Shown here: in pieces, positions 9,551 through 18,727 of the stretch
Layout of the letters: every line of letters starts with the position of its first letter
Numbering within the stretch: position 1 is the first letter of the stretch
Assembly (NCBI GenBank): GCA_965140445.1
Contig: OZ223236.1
Span: forward strand, 1,312,001-1,376,000
DNA from: Candidatus Ozemobacteraceae bacterium
GTDB lineage: Bacteria; Muiribacteriota; Ozemobacteria; Ozemobacterales; Ozemobacteraceae
Length of the DNA stretch: 64,000 bases
Direction of reading: 5' to 3'
Notes under the pieces: generated by a model
What the model saw: only the letters and a program-made list of their open reading frames with translations
Told to the model about the DNA's origin: nothing
Database searches by the model: none
Position numbers and translations under genes: made by a program

Positions 9551-11185
9551 CTATTTCTGCTCAATGATGTATTTAACTACAGCGGAGAAATCTTTCATGC
9601 CGGTTAGTTTTAGTTGGAGGGAAACGCCGAATACGTGGGCGAAGTTCATGACCGTGATTATGAAAAGACAAACCATTGCGGCGATGAACATGCGTTTGGC
9701 GGGTTTGGATTTTGGGTCCTTTTTTGGGAACCATGAATTGAATTTTAATAACGCGATTGTAAGTCCTGAAACAAATATGAATAGCGAAATTTCAAAGCTT
9801 CCTTGTCGGGAGACAAGATCAATTATGTCCTGAGACACGTTTACTCTATCGGATAGAAGGCTGGCTGCATAAGATAGTTCATAGGCTAGATTTCCTTGAA
9901 TTATCTGAGTGATGATTATAGCTCCAACAGCGAAAAACCATGCAAACATCACTGAAGAAGTTTCGTCTATTGGTTCTCCGTTTATGTCGACTTTCTTTTC
10001 TTTGGGGTTGCAGTTGCAAATGGTTATCCATAACCCCATCAGAGCGGGTAAAACCATCAATCTTGTGTTACCCCAGGCTAGAGAGCTTATAAAACCAATT
10101 GAAAGTGCTATTTTTTTTATGCTGGTTCTGGCTTGATCTGGCATCATTACAGAAACTGCAGCTATTCCAAGGAACAAAAACGATAGTAAATGCTTGCTTC
10201 CATTATCAGCAATTATCAGCAGAATTACCCCGATTATCAGCATAAATGCCATAATCATCAGGTCTCGGTTGGGGTTTTCTTCTTCAGGTTCAAGACGGCG
10301 CCCTTCAGCGGCAGCAGCGAGTTCTTCACTGGTTGGCGGAGCAATATCCAAACTTCTGAGGCGAACTGTAGCAAATCTGGAGTGCTGAACGATTTCAAGC
10401 AGCTCGCCAAGGTTTGATGGCCTTAATTTCTGCAGGAGAAAAACTGCGGAGTCCTGAAGCGCAATGTTATTGCTTCTGACCATTTCACTGATGTGTTTTT
10501 CGGTCAGTTCAGGGTCATATTTAAACAAACCCAAAAGAGCATTTGCTCGAATTCGGTTATCTGATGAAGTGGCAAAGTCTGTTAATTTCTCAGCTAGATC
10601 AGGACTGTCGTATGTGCACAGCGCTTCAAGAGTGTTGGCAACAATTCTTGGGTCTTCGTGATCCAGATATTCCTGAAGCTTGGGAAGAATTCTTGGGTCA
10701 TCTATTTTCCATAAGCGTTTTACCAGAAAAGAAATTTTATATTCATCCTTTTCCTGCTCAAGAAACTCTAATAAAGGGGTTGCTAATGACGGGTCATTGC
10801 TGTCGGTGAGTCTTTCAATGGATTCGAAAACTACATAGCGACTTCCCAGACGTAACTTATGGAGCAGTATTTGTTGTGCTGTGAGAGTTTCGCCTTCTTT
10901 TAGTTCCAGTTTAAAAGGCTTGCTTTCAACTGATCCCGAGTCTATTTCAGGGTAACAATCATAAAAGTGGTTTCTTGCTTTTCTCGCAAAGTATCTGACT
11001 TGAGTGTCAGCGTGGAGAACATTTTCAAGAATGTGGGGAATTATACTCCGAGCAAATTCCAGTTCAAAGGAGTTCTGATGACTCAGAAAGTCCAGAGACA
11101 GAATTCGATCGGCGGTTGCTCCTGTCTGTAAAGACGATAGAAGCATTGATTCCCATTTTTTTAATGCAGATGTATCTTTTACCAT
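9551..11185 (-). CDS. HEAT-repeat protein with C-terminal multi-pass membrane domain
   Basis: HEAT/PBS-lyase-like repeats (LDHEDPRIVANTLEAL, SSDNRIRANALLGL) followed by ~6-7 hydrophobic segments; probable start ATG 11185 (ORF track 11245). Confidence 0.7.
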   Translation of the reverse strand: MVKDTSALKKWESMLLSSLQTGATADRILSLDFLSHQNSFELEFARSIIPHILENVLHADTQVRYFARKARNHFYDCYPEIDSGSVESKPFKLELKEGETLTAQQILLHKLRLGSRYVVFESIERLTDSNDPSLATPLLEFLEQEKDEYKISFLVKRLWKIDDPRILPKLQEYLDHEDPRIVANTLEALCTYDSPDLAEKLTDFATSSDNRIRANALLGLFKYDPELTEKHISEMVRSNNIALQDSAVFLLQKLRPSNLGELLEIVQHSRFATVRLRSLDIAPPTSEELAAAAEGRRLEPEEENPNRDLMIMAFMLIIGVILLIIADNGSKHLLSFLFLGIAAVSVMMPDQARTSIKKIALSIGFISSLAWGNTRLMVLPALMGLWITICNCNPKEKKVDINGEPIDETSSVMFAWFFAVGAIIITQIIQGNLAYELSYAASLLSDRVNVSQDIIDLVSRQGSFEISLFIFVSGLTIALLKFNSWFPKKDPKSKPAKRMFIAAMVCLFIITVMNFAHVFGVSLQLKLTGMKDFSAVVKYIIEQK

Positions 11186-11319
11186 TTTTCCTAACCCGAG
11201 CCTATTATAACAGCACAGCAGCTGGAAAACAAAAAAAAGAACCAATCCCTAAATGGACTTGAAGAAATAGTGCTGATGCGGTAATCTTTGGCGTAACCAG
11301 AAAATAAGGAGAATTCCCT

Positions 11320-12288
11320 GTGATGAAACATTCTATAGTTGATTCGGCCAAAAAGGCTATGGAGTCTGAAATCGAAGCTCTCAAAGTAGCAATGGGAAAT
11401 CTTGGCGAAGAATTCGAAAAAGCTATAGATCTGATTTTGACCAGCTCTGGCCGGGTAATCGTTTGTGGAATGGGAAAATCTGGTCTGGTTGGCAAAAAAA
11501 TCTCAGCAACCTTATCAAGCACTGGTACTCCTTCATTTTTCCTTCACCCTGCAGAAGCCCTGCACGGTGACTTAGGCATGGTTACAGAAACAGATGTGGT
11601 TCTCTTGCTTTCAAACTCAGGTGAAACTGAAGAGATAGTAAGGCTTATGCCTTTTTTACGAAGGGTTGGAGCAAGGATTATTGCTATGACCGGCAACATG
11701 GATTCAACCATGGCAAAGAATTCTGATGTAACTATCAATTGCTGGGTAGAGGCCGAAGCTTGTCCGATGAACCTGGCACCTACCAGCTCTACCACAGTAA
11801 CTATGGCCCTTGGCGATGCTCTCGCAATAGCTTTGATTGAAGCCAGAGGTTTTAAAGAAAAAGACTTTGCACGATTTCATCCATCAGGAAGCCTGGGAAG
11901 AAAGTTCCTGGTTGTTGATGATTTGATGCATTCAGGAGAAGAAATTCCATTTGCATCTCCTCATATTAAACTTCAGGAAGCGATTATCCAAATGTCTAAA
12001 AAGAGCTTTGGTGCTCTAGTTGTAGTAAATAAAGAAAACTATCTGATGGGAGTTTTTACTGACGGAGATTTGCGCCGATATTTTGAGAAGAGCACCGAAT
12101 TAAAACTTGATGCAGAGCTAAAAGATGTCATGACTTTAAATCCGTTGCGGACTTCTCCTGGCAAATTAGCCATGGAAGCCTTGAAAATGATGGAGGACAA
12201 GTCCATTACTTCGCTGCCAGTAGTTGAAGACTCGCAGGTGGTTGGCTTTTTACATCTTCACGATATTTTGCGCGCGCGACTTGTTTAA
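11320..12288 (+). CDS. kdsD: Arabinose-5-phosphate isomerase (KpsF/GutQ family, SIS + 2 CBS)
   Basis: GMGKSG, HPAEALHGDLG, LAPTSST, FHPSGSLG and a C-terminal CBS pair; GGAG RBS. Confidence 0.93.
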   Translation: MMKHSIVDSAKKAMESEIEALKVAMGNLGEEFEKAIDLILTSSGRVIVCGMGKSGLVGKKISATLSSTGTPSFFLHPAEALHGDLGMVTETDVVLLLSNSGETEEIVRLMPFLRRVGARIIAMTGNMDSTMAKNSDVTINCWVEAEACPMNLAPTSSTTVTMALGDALAIALIEARGFKEKDFARFHPSGSLGRKFLVVDDLMHSGEEIPFASPHIKLQEAIIQMSKKSFGALVVVNKENYLMGVFTDGDLRRYFEKSTELKLDAELKDVMTLNPLRTSPGKLAMEALKMMEDKSITSLPVVEDSQVVGFLHLHDILRARLV

Positions 12289-12289
12289 A

Positions 12290-13462
12290 TCAACTTTCGG
12301 CTCTACATCCCTCAATTGTTACATCTGATCCGTTTAAAGCACTAATTATTACAGCAAGATCTCTACTTGAAGAATTCATAAAACTACAATTCTTCAGTTT
12401 AAGCGCAGAACCCATTACAGCAACAGCTTCTCCTGCTATACTGCCGCTAGTCAGGCGACAGTTGTCAAAAATTGAATTGACACAGCTGGACTCTGAATCT
12501 CTACTATAGGCTATAGCTGCTCCCGCTGCCTGAGCCTGGCAATTAACAAAGTTTATAGTTGCCAGAGATAACATTCCACCAATTGGTCTGATAGCGCCTC
12601 CAGCTTGCCCATAGCAGCGGGTAAAACTGGAATCAAATATTCTGGAATTTGATTTTTCCAGATACAAAGCGCCCCCCTGAGCATCACCATTGTCTGATAC
12701 GCACTTTTCAAAGGTGGAGAAGCTAATGGTATTGGTAGAAAATCTGCTTGTTAAAGCGCCTCCTGCAACTGTAGAAGAACAGTTCCTGAACGAACACCAA
12801 CTTGCATCCAGTTTGCAATAATCATAGTTATAGATCGCTCCACCAGAGTTTGCAGCATTGTTTTCAAAAATACTATTTTCAATAGAGACCTTTGCCCGGT
12901 GGATCATGCCTATTGCTCCGCCTTGTTGTGCTTTGCATCCTACAAATTTACAATTCTTAATCAGCTGAGTGGGCGAACTATCGTAAGGTTCAACGTTGCT
13001 TTCTAAAATTCCTTTAAAACATATAGCGCCGCCGAGTTCTGCGGAGCAAGATTCAAAGAGGCATTGTAAAAAAGTTAATCTGGCATTTTCAGCATTTTCA
13101 ACCAAAATAGCTCCACCAGCCCCATTTGAAGATCCAGCTTCAGTTGAATTCAGGCTGTTGGCATGAAGAAAACTACAACTTTTGAAAGAGCTTCCATCAG
13201 TGCTGTCGCCAATTAGATAAATTCCTGCCCAGCCATAATCAGGGCTCATAGCTTGAAAAACTGATTTGGCAGCTATAACTTTTCCCTCAGAGATTATACA
13301 GCCAGAATCTGCAAAGGAAAGTTTGCAGTTTAAAAGCGTCAGACAGCTCCCAGCTTTGATTTCAATTTTCCCGGAAACAAGAAGTTCGATTCCAGAAAAA
13401 TCAGTGTCTTTTTCTACAAGAAGATCTTTAATTCTTTGGGGCTGATTTATTTCGCTGGTCAT
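12290..13462 (-). CDS. Right-handed parallel beta-helix repeat protein (GGA(I/L) repeats), Cys-rich
   Basis: About 9 repeats of the form F..C.A..GGA(I/L); no signal peptide. Confidence 0.7.
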   Translation of the reverse strand: MTSEINQPQRIKDLLVEKDTDFSGIELLVSGKIEIKAGSCLTLLNCKLSFADSGCIISEGKVIAAKSVFQAMSPDYGWAGIYLIGDSTDGSSFKSCSFLHANSLNSTEAGSSNGAGGAILVENAENARLTFLQCLFESCSAELGGAICFKGILESNVEPYDSSPTQLIKNCKFVGCKAQQGGAIGMIHRAKVSIENSIFENNAANSGGAIYNYDYCKLDASWCSFRNCSSTVAGGALTSRFSTNTISFSTFEKCVSDNGDAQGGALYLEKSNSRIFDSSFTRCYGQAGGAIRPIGGMLSLATINFVNCQAQAAGAAIAYSRDSESSCVNSIFDNCRLTSGSIAGEAVAVMGSALKLKNCSFMNSSSRDLAVIISALNGSDVTIEGCRAES

Positions 13463-13625
13463 CTCTTTAAGCTTTCTCCATTTTGGTTTTTAAAGATTTT
13501 TTTAAGAGTTTTAGCAGTCTTGGCTATAAGATAATCTCTGCTGAGTGAAATGTCGATTGGAAGATGAACTTCTAATCAATTTTGTGTACCTTCCGCTGGG
13601 CGAGTTTTTTTTATATAATAAACAA

Positions 13626-14399
13626 ATGAAAAGAATAATTCTGGCATTTTTTATGACAATTATGCTGCTTAGCGCACCAATGAGCGCTGAGGCGTCCTTT
13701 TTCTCTAATGCTTTGGCAAAGGCCCGTAGCGTAATGCAGGGGGCTTTTCAGATGACATTTTTGCCAAGCGTGCCAGTGATTTTTTATAAAAGCAGTTTTA
13801 ACAGATTATTTGATCATGCCACCAGGAGCATTGATAATATTCAACTTGAGCATAATGGCCAAACGATCACCAGAGATAAATTTCAGGATGACAAGGCTTT
13901 GCACATAAAGAAATCTGCGGAGCTGGCTTTGCATATCAAGAGTCTCATCGGCTCTGCACATCTAGCGTATGGGATAACCATGGCGATTGGTGTTATAAAA
14001 GAAGCCATTGATGGATCTTTTTTGAACCCGAATGGGTCTCGTTCAAAAGAGGATTTGTCTGCGGATCATGTTGGTGCAATGGCGGTTTTTGGTGAAGATA
14101 AGTTTAATAATGCCCTTAGAAAAAAACTGGATCAATTTATTGTTGCCCCGGCTCAAACGTCTAGTCATAGTAGTAACATTACTTCCGCCGAAGCTACTGA
14201 AGTTTCAAACATAGAAGAAACAGAGCCTGCTGACTCTGTTGCCGCCCAAGAGGAAGAAATCGTGGTTCAGGATCATATGCAGCCTCCAACAGCGGAGGAT
14301 GCCGTAAATCGTCAGCAGTTAATAACAGAGTATTATAAAGCCGTAAATAGCGGTGATACAGAAAAGATAAAGCAATTGGGATCGCTGTTACAAAAATAG
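13626..14399 (+). CDS. Secreted protein with YfiM/DUF2279-like motif
   Basis: Signal peptide MKRIILAFF...AEA from ATG 13626; DKALH...S...G..KE..D...S.EDL.AD..G motif; acidic low-complexity tail. Confidence 0.55.
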   Translation: MKRIILAFFMTIMLLSAPMSAEASFFSNALAKARSVMQGAFQMTFLPSVPVIFYKSSFNRLFDHATRSIDNIQLEHNGQTITRDKFQDDKALHIKKSAELALHIKSLIGSAHLAYGITMAIGVIKEAIDGSFLNPNGSRSKEDLSADHVGAMAVFGEDKFNNALRKKLDQFIVAPAQTSSHSSNITSAEATEVSNIEETEPADSVAAQEEEIVVQDHMQPPTAEDAVNRQQLITEYYKAVNSGDTEKIKQLGSLLQK

Positions 14400-14407
14400 C
14401 AGCAAAT

Positions 14408-14452
14408 AAAAAACCGGCACTGGAACGGATTCTAGTGCCGGCTTCTTTTTTT
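14408..14452. terminator. Bidirectional terminator between convergent genes
   Basis: Stem ccggcactggaa / ttctagtgccgg flanked by an A-run and a T-run. Confidence 0.8.
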
Positions 14453-14482
14453 AGCTAAAGCCTGGAAAATGGTTTTTTCCGA

Positions 14483-15463
14483 TTACTTTGAACCAAGAGT
14501 TGCTACCATAACAGCTTTAATTGTGTGAAGTCTGTTTTCAGCCTGATCAAATACCCTTGAATATTTGCTTTCAAATACTTCGTCAGTAACTTCCATTGCT
14601 CCAACTTCTTTAGAAACTTCTGTTTCATTGTTGTGGAAAGCAGGAAGACAATGCAGGAAGAGAGGATTTTCTTTTCCAGTCTGTTTGATCATTTTCATAT
14701 TAACCTGATATGGGGTAAGGAGCTTAATTCTGTTAGCCATTTCAGCTTCTTCGCCCATGCTGGCCCAAACATCAGTGTAAAGGACGTCAGCGCCCTTCAC
14801 GCCTTTGGCTACGTTATCAGTAACAACGATTTTTCCACCAGTTTCGGCAGCGATTTTTTCAACTTCTTTTACAAGAGCTTTTTCTGGGAAAAGGCTCTTA
14901 GGAGATACGATGCGGCATTCCATACCCATTTTGGCGCAGCCAATCATGAGGGAGTTAGCCATGTTGTTGCGGCCATCTCCAACGTAGGCAAAAGTAATGC
15001 CTTTGAGAGTGCCGAAATGTTCTTCAATTGTAAGAAGGTCAGCAAGGATCTGAGTTGGGTGATACTGGTCAGTGAGACCGTTCCATACTGGAACTCCAGA
15101 ATATTTGGCGAGAGTTTCTACTGTTTCATGTTTGAAACCTCTAAACTGAATGCCATCAAACATTCTGCCAAGAACTCTTGCGGTATCAGCAACGGTTTCT
15201 TTTTTCCCAATCTGAATGTCGCCTTTGCCAAGATACTCTGGATGAGCGCCTTCATCATAGCAGGCCACAACAAAAGCACATCTGGTTCTGGTTGAAGGTT
15301 TTTCAAAAATGAGAGCAATGTTTTTGCCTTCAAGGTTTCTTGGTTTGATTCCAGCGTATTTAAGCGCTTTCAAATCTGCTGAAAGCTTGAGTAAATAGCG
15401 GATTTCGTCCGGTGTAAAATCTTTAAGAGTGAGGAAACTTCTTCCAACTAAATTAAATGCCAT
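14483..15463 (-). CDS. argF: Ornithine carbamoyltransferase
   Basis: FEKPSTRTR carbamoyl-phosphate motif, HPTQ, DVWASMG, HCLP, QAENR. Confidence 0.96.
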   Translation of the reverse strand: MAFNLVGRSFLTLKDFTPDEIRYLLKLSADLKALKYAGIKPRNLEGKNIALIFEKPSTRTRCAFVVACYDEGAHPEYLGKGDIQIGKKETVADTARVLGRMFDGIQFRGFKHETVETLAKYSGVPVWNGLTDQYHPTQILADLLTIEEHFGTLKGITFAYVGDGRNNMANSLMIGCAKMGMECRIVSPKSLFPEKALVKEVEKIAAETGGKIVVTDNVAKGVKGADVLYTDVWASMGEEAEMANRIKLLTPYQVNMKMIKQTGKENPLFLHCLPAFHNNETEVSKEVGAMEVTDEVFESKYSRVFDQAENRLHTIKAVMVATLGSK

Positions 15464-15589
15464 AAAAACCCCTTTCCTGAGGAAAAATAAACTTCTTTAT
15501 GAGCTAAATTTTTAGCACCAGTAAGGTTTTAATGCAACTTTTATGTACACAAAAAGTAAGAAAATTTTTAAAACAATCTTCGGAAGGAA

Positions 15590-18500
15590 TTATTCGGTTC
15601 TTTTTGCCTCAAAGACGCCGTGACAAAGCACAGCAAACCCGCAGTTCTCACATGGCGCATTTACTGATGGCAACCAGCTTTGTTCGTTCCTTATTGCCCT
15701 TACCGCTTTGGTTACTTCTTTTTCGAATCTGCTTATGTCAGGTTCGATTGGAATCAAAGACAATTTGGATTCATTTAGATAAGCGATATTCGCAGAAGGA
15801 AAGTTTAGACTCCCGGGATCACCTATTACTCCGCGCTGAGAAGCGATAAGATAGAAAGCCATTTGTGTTGCATATTTTTGGTGGGCAATGGCTGAATATT
15901 CACGGGTTTTAAAGTCTATGATTTTGATCCCGCTTTCATTGCGGTCGACTCTGTCAACAAAACCCCTCATCAAAAATGGAACGCCGTCGCATTCAAATCT
16001 GACGTTAATTTCTGCTTCAAAGAGCCATGGTTTTTGTGATGATAACTCCGAGTTCATGTAAACCTGAGCAATGCTGTTTGCTCTATTGCGAGCTGCCAGT
16101 CCCATTTCTCCATAGAGTGGAATTAATTGGGAAAGTATTTCGCCGGCTTTGGCAGACTTTTGCGACGGACTTAGCTCATGACCGTTATTTGAATGAAAGA
16201 TTCGAATGGTTTCATGGACAAGAGTTCCAGCTGTAGATGAGAATGAAGGTCTGTTTTCAGAAAATGATTTAATGTGTTGTGTAGTAAAATAGTATTTTCG
16301 CGGGCAGGACTTGAAGATGTTAAAGTCTTGTAGAGAGTAAGTTTCCAGCAATTTTTCACCAGCTTTGGCAAGGCCAAAGTCAGTGTGAATAAATTCAGAA
16401 ATAGCTTTGACACTTTCGGTAAGAGCTTCTGTATCAATTGCAGGCAAATCTTGTGTGACGGTTTCTATCTGTGGGGCTGGAGATTGTCCGTCTTTTAGCC
16501 AGCCAGCTATTACTTCAGGCCATTCATTAAGTTCGCGTATTTGTCCAATGTTTGGCGAAATCTGCAATATCTCTCGAATCAGAGCCAGAGGTTGAAGTGG
16601 CTTTTTAGAGTCAGGTTCTTCCATAAAACTATGTTCAAGCTTGCCGCAAGGAATCAGAAGTTCTTCGGCTCTGGTAAAAGCGACATAAAGACGCCTTTTT
16701 TCTTCTTCTTCTTCAGCCAATTTTTCAGCTTCGAAATATTTGTGCAAAGAAGATGTTTCAGGTAATTTTGAATTTTGCTCAGGAAACACCATCAGGCCGT
16801 TTTCTCTGGTGAAAAACAGGCTTCCGCTGCGTCTATAGCGTCTTGCTTTTAAGAACGGGCAGAACACAACTGGAAACTCGAGGCCCTTGGATTTATGGAT
16901 CGTCATAATTTTGACTGCATCGCCTTCTTCTAACCCCAGTCCCGCTTCGTCTTCTTCAATTCCTGAATCCAGGATTTTTTCAACGTATTTCAGGAAATCG
17001 CGTATGGTAGTAAAAATGCCATTTTGCTCAAATGAGCGAACAATTCCGAGAAACTTGTTGAGATTGTTTTCCATGCGCATTCTTTTGAGATCGGACTCCT
17101 GAGAAGCTGAATACTCATAAAAACCAGCTTGCTCAAGGATTTTGTGGCATAGCTCAAGAAGGCTCATTTTGTGACTTACCGACTTTAAATGAGTATATAG
17201 TTTTCGAAAGTGGAGCGCATTTATTGGTAGTTCGTCTTCTGGTAAAGCCAGAAGATGAGGAAGCAGTGGAGTGTCTCCATGTCGCCCGGCAAGTGATAAA
17301 GAGGCAAGGTCGGAATCAGAAAGCCCATAAATCGGTCCGGTTAGAATCTTTATAAGTGCATGATCTTCATTCGGTTGAACAAGTATTCGCAGGAAAGCAA
17401 TTACCTCATTGATTTCACTTCTGGCATAGAAGCCTAGCCCACCAGACATAACATAAGGTATTTTGCGCTCAGACAGTGCGTCTTCCAGCTCTTTAGGGAG
17501 TGCTTTTATACTTGACGCGATGATGGCAATATCACCGAATTTAATGGTCTTTCCTGATTTTTTAAGTTCCAGACGCTGGTCAACCATTTGCTTTATCATT
17601 TCGGCCAGATTCTGGCAAATTTGTTCATCAGACTTGTCTTCATCCCAGGTCAGACAGCATATAGGGTTTTGCCGGGGGGAGCTGCCCAGTCTGGCATTTT
17701 GCGGGTAGAAAGCTTGCTGAGTTATGCTTCCCATTTTCAGGAAACTGTCGGCCAGCTCCAGAATTTCTGAATATGAACGGAAGTTATCACCCAAAAGAAC
17801 ATCTGTATCAGCGGGAAAACCTCTAAAAGTTTGAACTTCTGCACCCTGAAACCTGTAGATGCTTTGTTTTTCATCACCAACAACGGTTATGTGCCCGTTT
17901 CTGTTGTCCGTAAACAGTTGAACAATTCCGAATTGCTCGGGGTTGTTATCCTGAAACTCATCAATGAGAAAAACTCTTTTTTCGGGAAGAACTTCTTCTG
18001 AGCGCATAGCTTCTATGAGGCTTTTGCCTTTAATCAGAATCTCGTCAAAATCCATAAGATTACGTTTTCTAAGTTCGGCCAGATATAGATTCAGGAATTT
18101 AAAAAGCCATTCCAGGCAGTCTTGCTCTATTTTTTCGGGGGCGTCGGGGCGATCTGCAAATTTTTGAATTGATAAGCGATAGAATTCACCCGGGCTTAAC
18201 AGGAATCGTCTTATTTTGCTTAAAGCGGAACCAAATTCCTCGATTAGTGCTTTTGCGTATTTTTCGCCAAGGGCTTTGTTACCACTAATGATTTCTTCGC
18301 CGTAAGTTTCAGCGAAGCTGTCCTTTAATTCAGCTACTAAAAGCTGTCTTGAGCTTTCTGTAATGATGGCGTCCCCTCGGTCAATTCCTGCACCGAATGG
18401 GTCTTTGCGCAGAAAATTTGATAAAAAGGAATGGAATGTGGAAACTTCCATTTTGCGCATTATGGAAGGATTCAACTTTCGTTTTTCAACCAGTCTGGTT

Positions 18501-18727
18501 TTCATTTCGGCGGCGGCTTTCTGGGTGTAAGTGATTGCCACCATTTCTTCAGGTTTTACATCGGATTCGAGTATCGCAATGACTCTGCGGGTTAGAACCT
18601 CTGTCTTTCCCGAACCGGCGCCGGCTGCGATTCTGAGGTGCCCTTCGGGCGCCGCAGAAACAGCTTGTTTCTGCTCTTCTGTGAGGCCCTCTAACAAAAT
18701 TTCGGGGATGTGGTTCTGGTCGTTCAT
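15590..18727 (-). CDS. UvrD-family helicase fused to PD-(D/E)XK nuclease (AdnB/AddA-like)
   Basis: Walker A AGAGSGKT, DEFQD, GDEKQSIYRFQGA, TIHKSKGLEF, LYVAFTRA; C-terminal CPRKY...GFVDRVD...IIDFKT...CENCGFAVLC. Confidence 0.9.
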   Translation of the reverse strand: MNDQNHIPEILLEGLTEEQKQAVSAAPEGHLRIAAGAGSGKTEVLTRRVIAILESDVKPEEMVAITYTQKAAAEMKTRLVEKRKLNPSIMRKMEVSTFHSFLSNFLRKDPFGAGIDRGDAIITESSRQLLVAELKDSFAETYGEEIISGNKALGEKYAKALIEEFGSALSKIRRFLLSPGEFYRLSIQKFADRPDAPEKIEQDCLEWLFKFLNLYLAELRKRNLMDFDEILIKGKSLIEAMRSEEVLPEKRVFLIDEFQDNNPEQFGIVQLFTDNRNGHITVVGDEKQSIYRFQGAEVQTFRGFPADTDVLLGDNFRSYSEILELADSFLKMGSITQQAFYPQNARLGSSPRQNPICCLTWDEDKSDEQICQNLAEMIKQMVDQRLELKKSGKTIKFGDIAIIASSIKALPKELEDALSERKIPYVMSGGLGFYARSEINEVIAFLRILVQPNEDHALIKILTGPIYGLSDSDLASLSLAGRHGDTPLLPHLLALPEDELPINALHFRKLYTHLKSVSHKMSLLELCHKILEQAGFYEYSASQESDLKRMRMENNLNKFLGIVRSFEQNGIFTTIRDFLKYVEKILDSGIEEDEAGLGLEEGDAVKIMTIHKSKGLEFPVVFCPFLKARRYRRSGSLFFTRENGLMVFPEQNSKLPETSSLHKYFEAEKLAEEEEEKRRLYVAFTRAEELLIPCGKLEHSFMEEPDSKKPLQPLALIREILQISPNIGQIRELNEWPEVIAGWLKDGQSPAPQIETVTQDLPAIDTEALTESVKAISEFIHTDFGLAKAGEKLLETYSLQDFNIFKSCPRKYYFTTQHIKSFSENRPSFSSTAGTLVHETIRIFHSNNGHELSPSQKSAKAGEILSQLIPLYGEMGLAARNRANSIAQVYMNSELSSQKPWLFEAEINVRFECDGVPFLMRGFVDRVDRNESGIKIIDFKTREYSAIAHQKYATQMAFYLIASQRGVIGDPGSLNFPSANIAYLNESKLSLIPIEPDISRFEKEVTKAVRAIRNEQSWLPSVNAPCENCGFAVLCHGVFEAKRTE

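Noticed and set aside
14633..15295. 220-aa + strand ORF
   Set aside because: Entirely antisense to argF; a typical shadow of a conserved gene.
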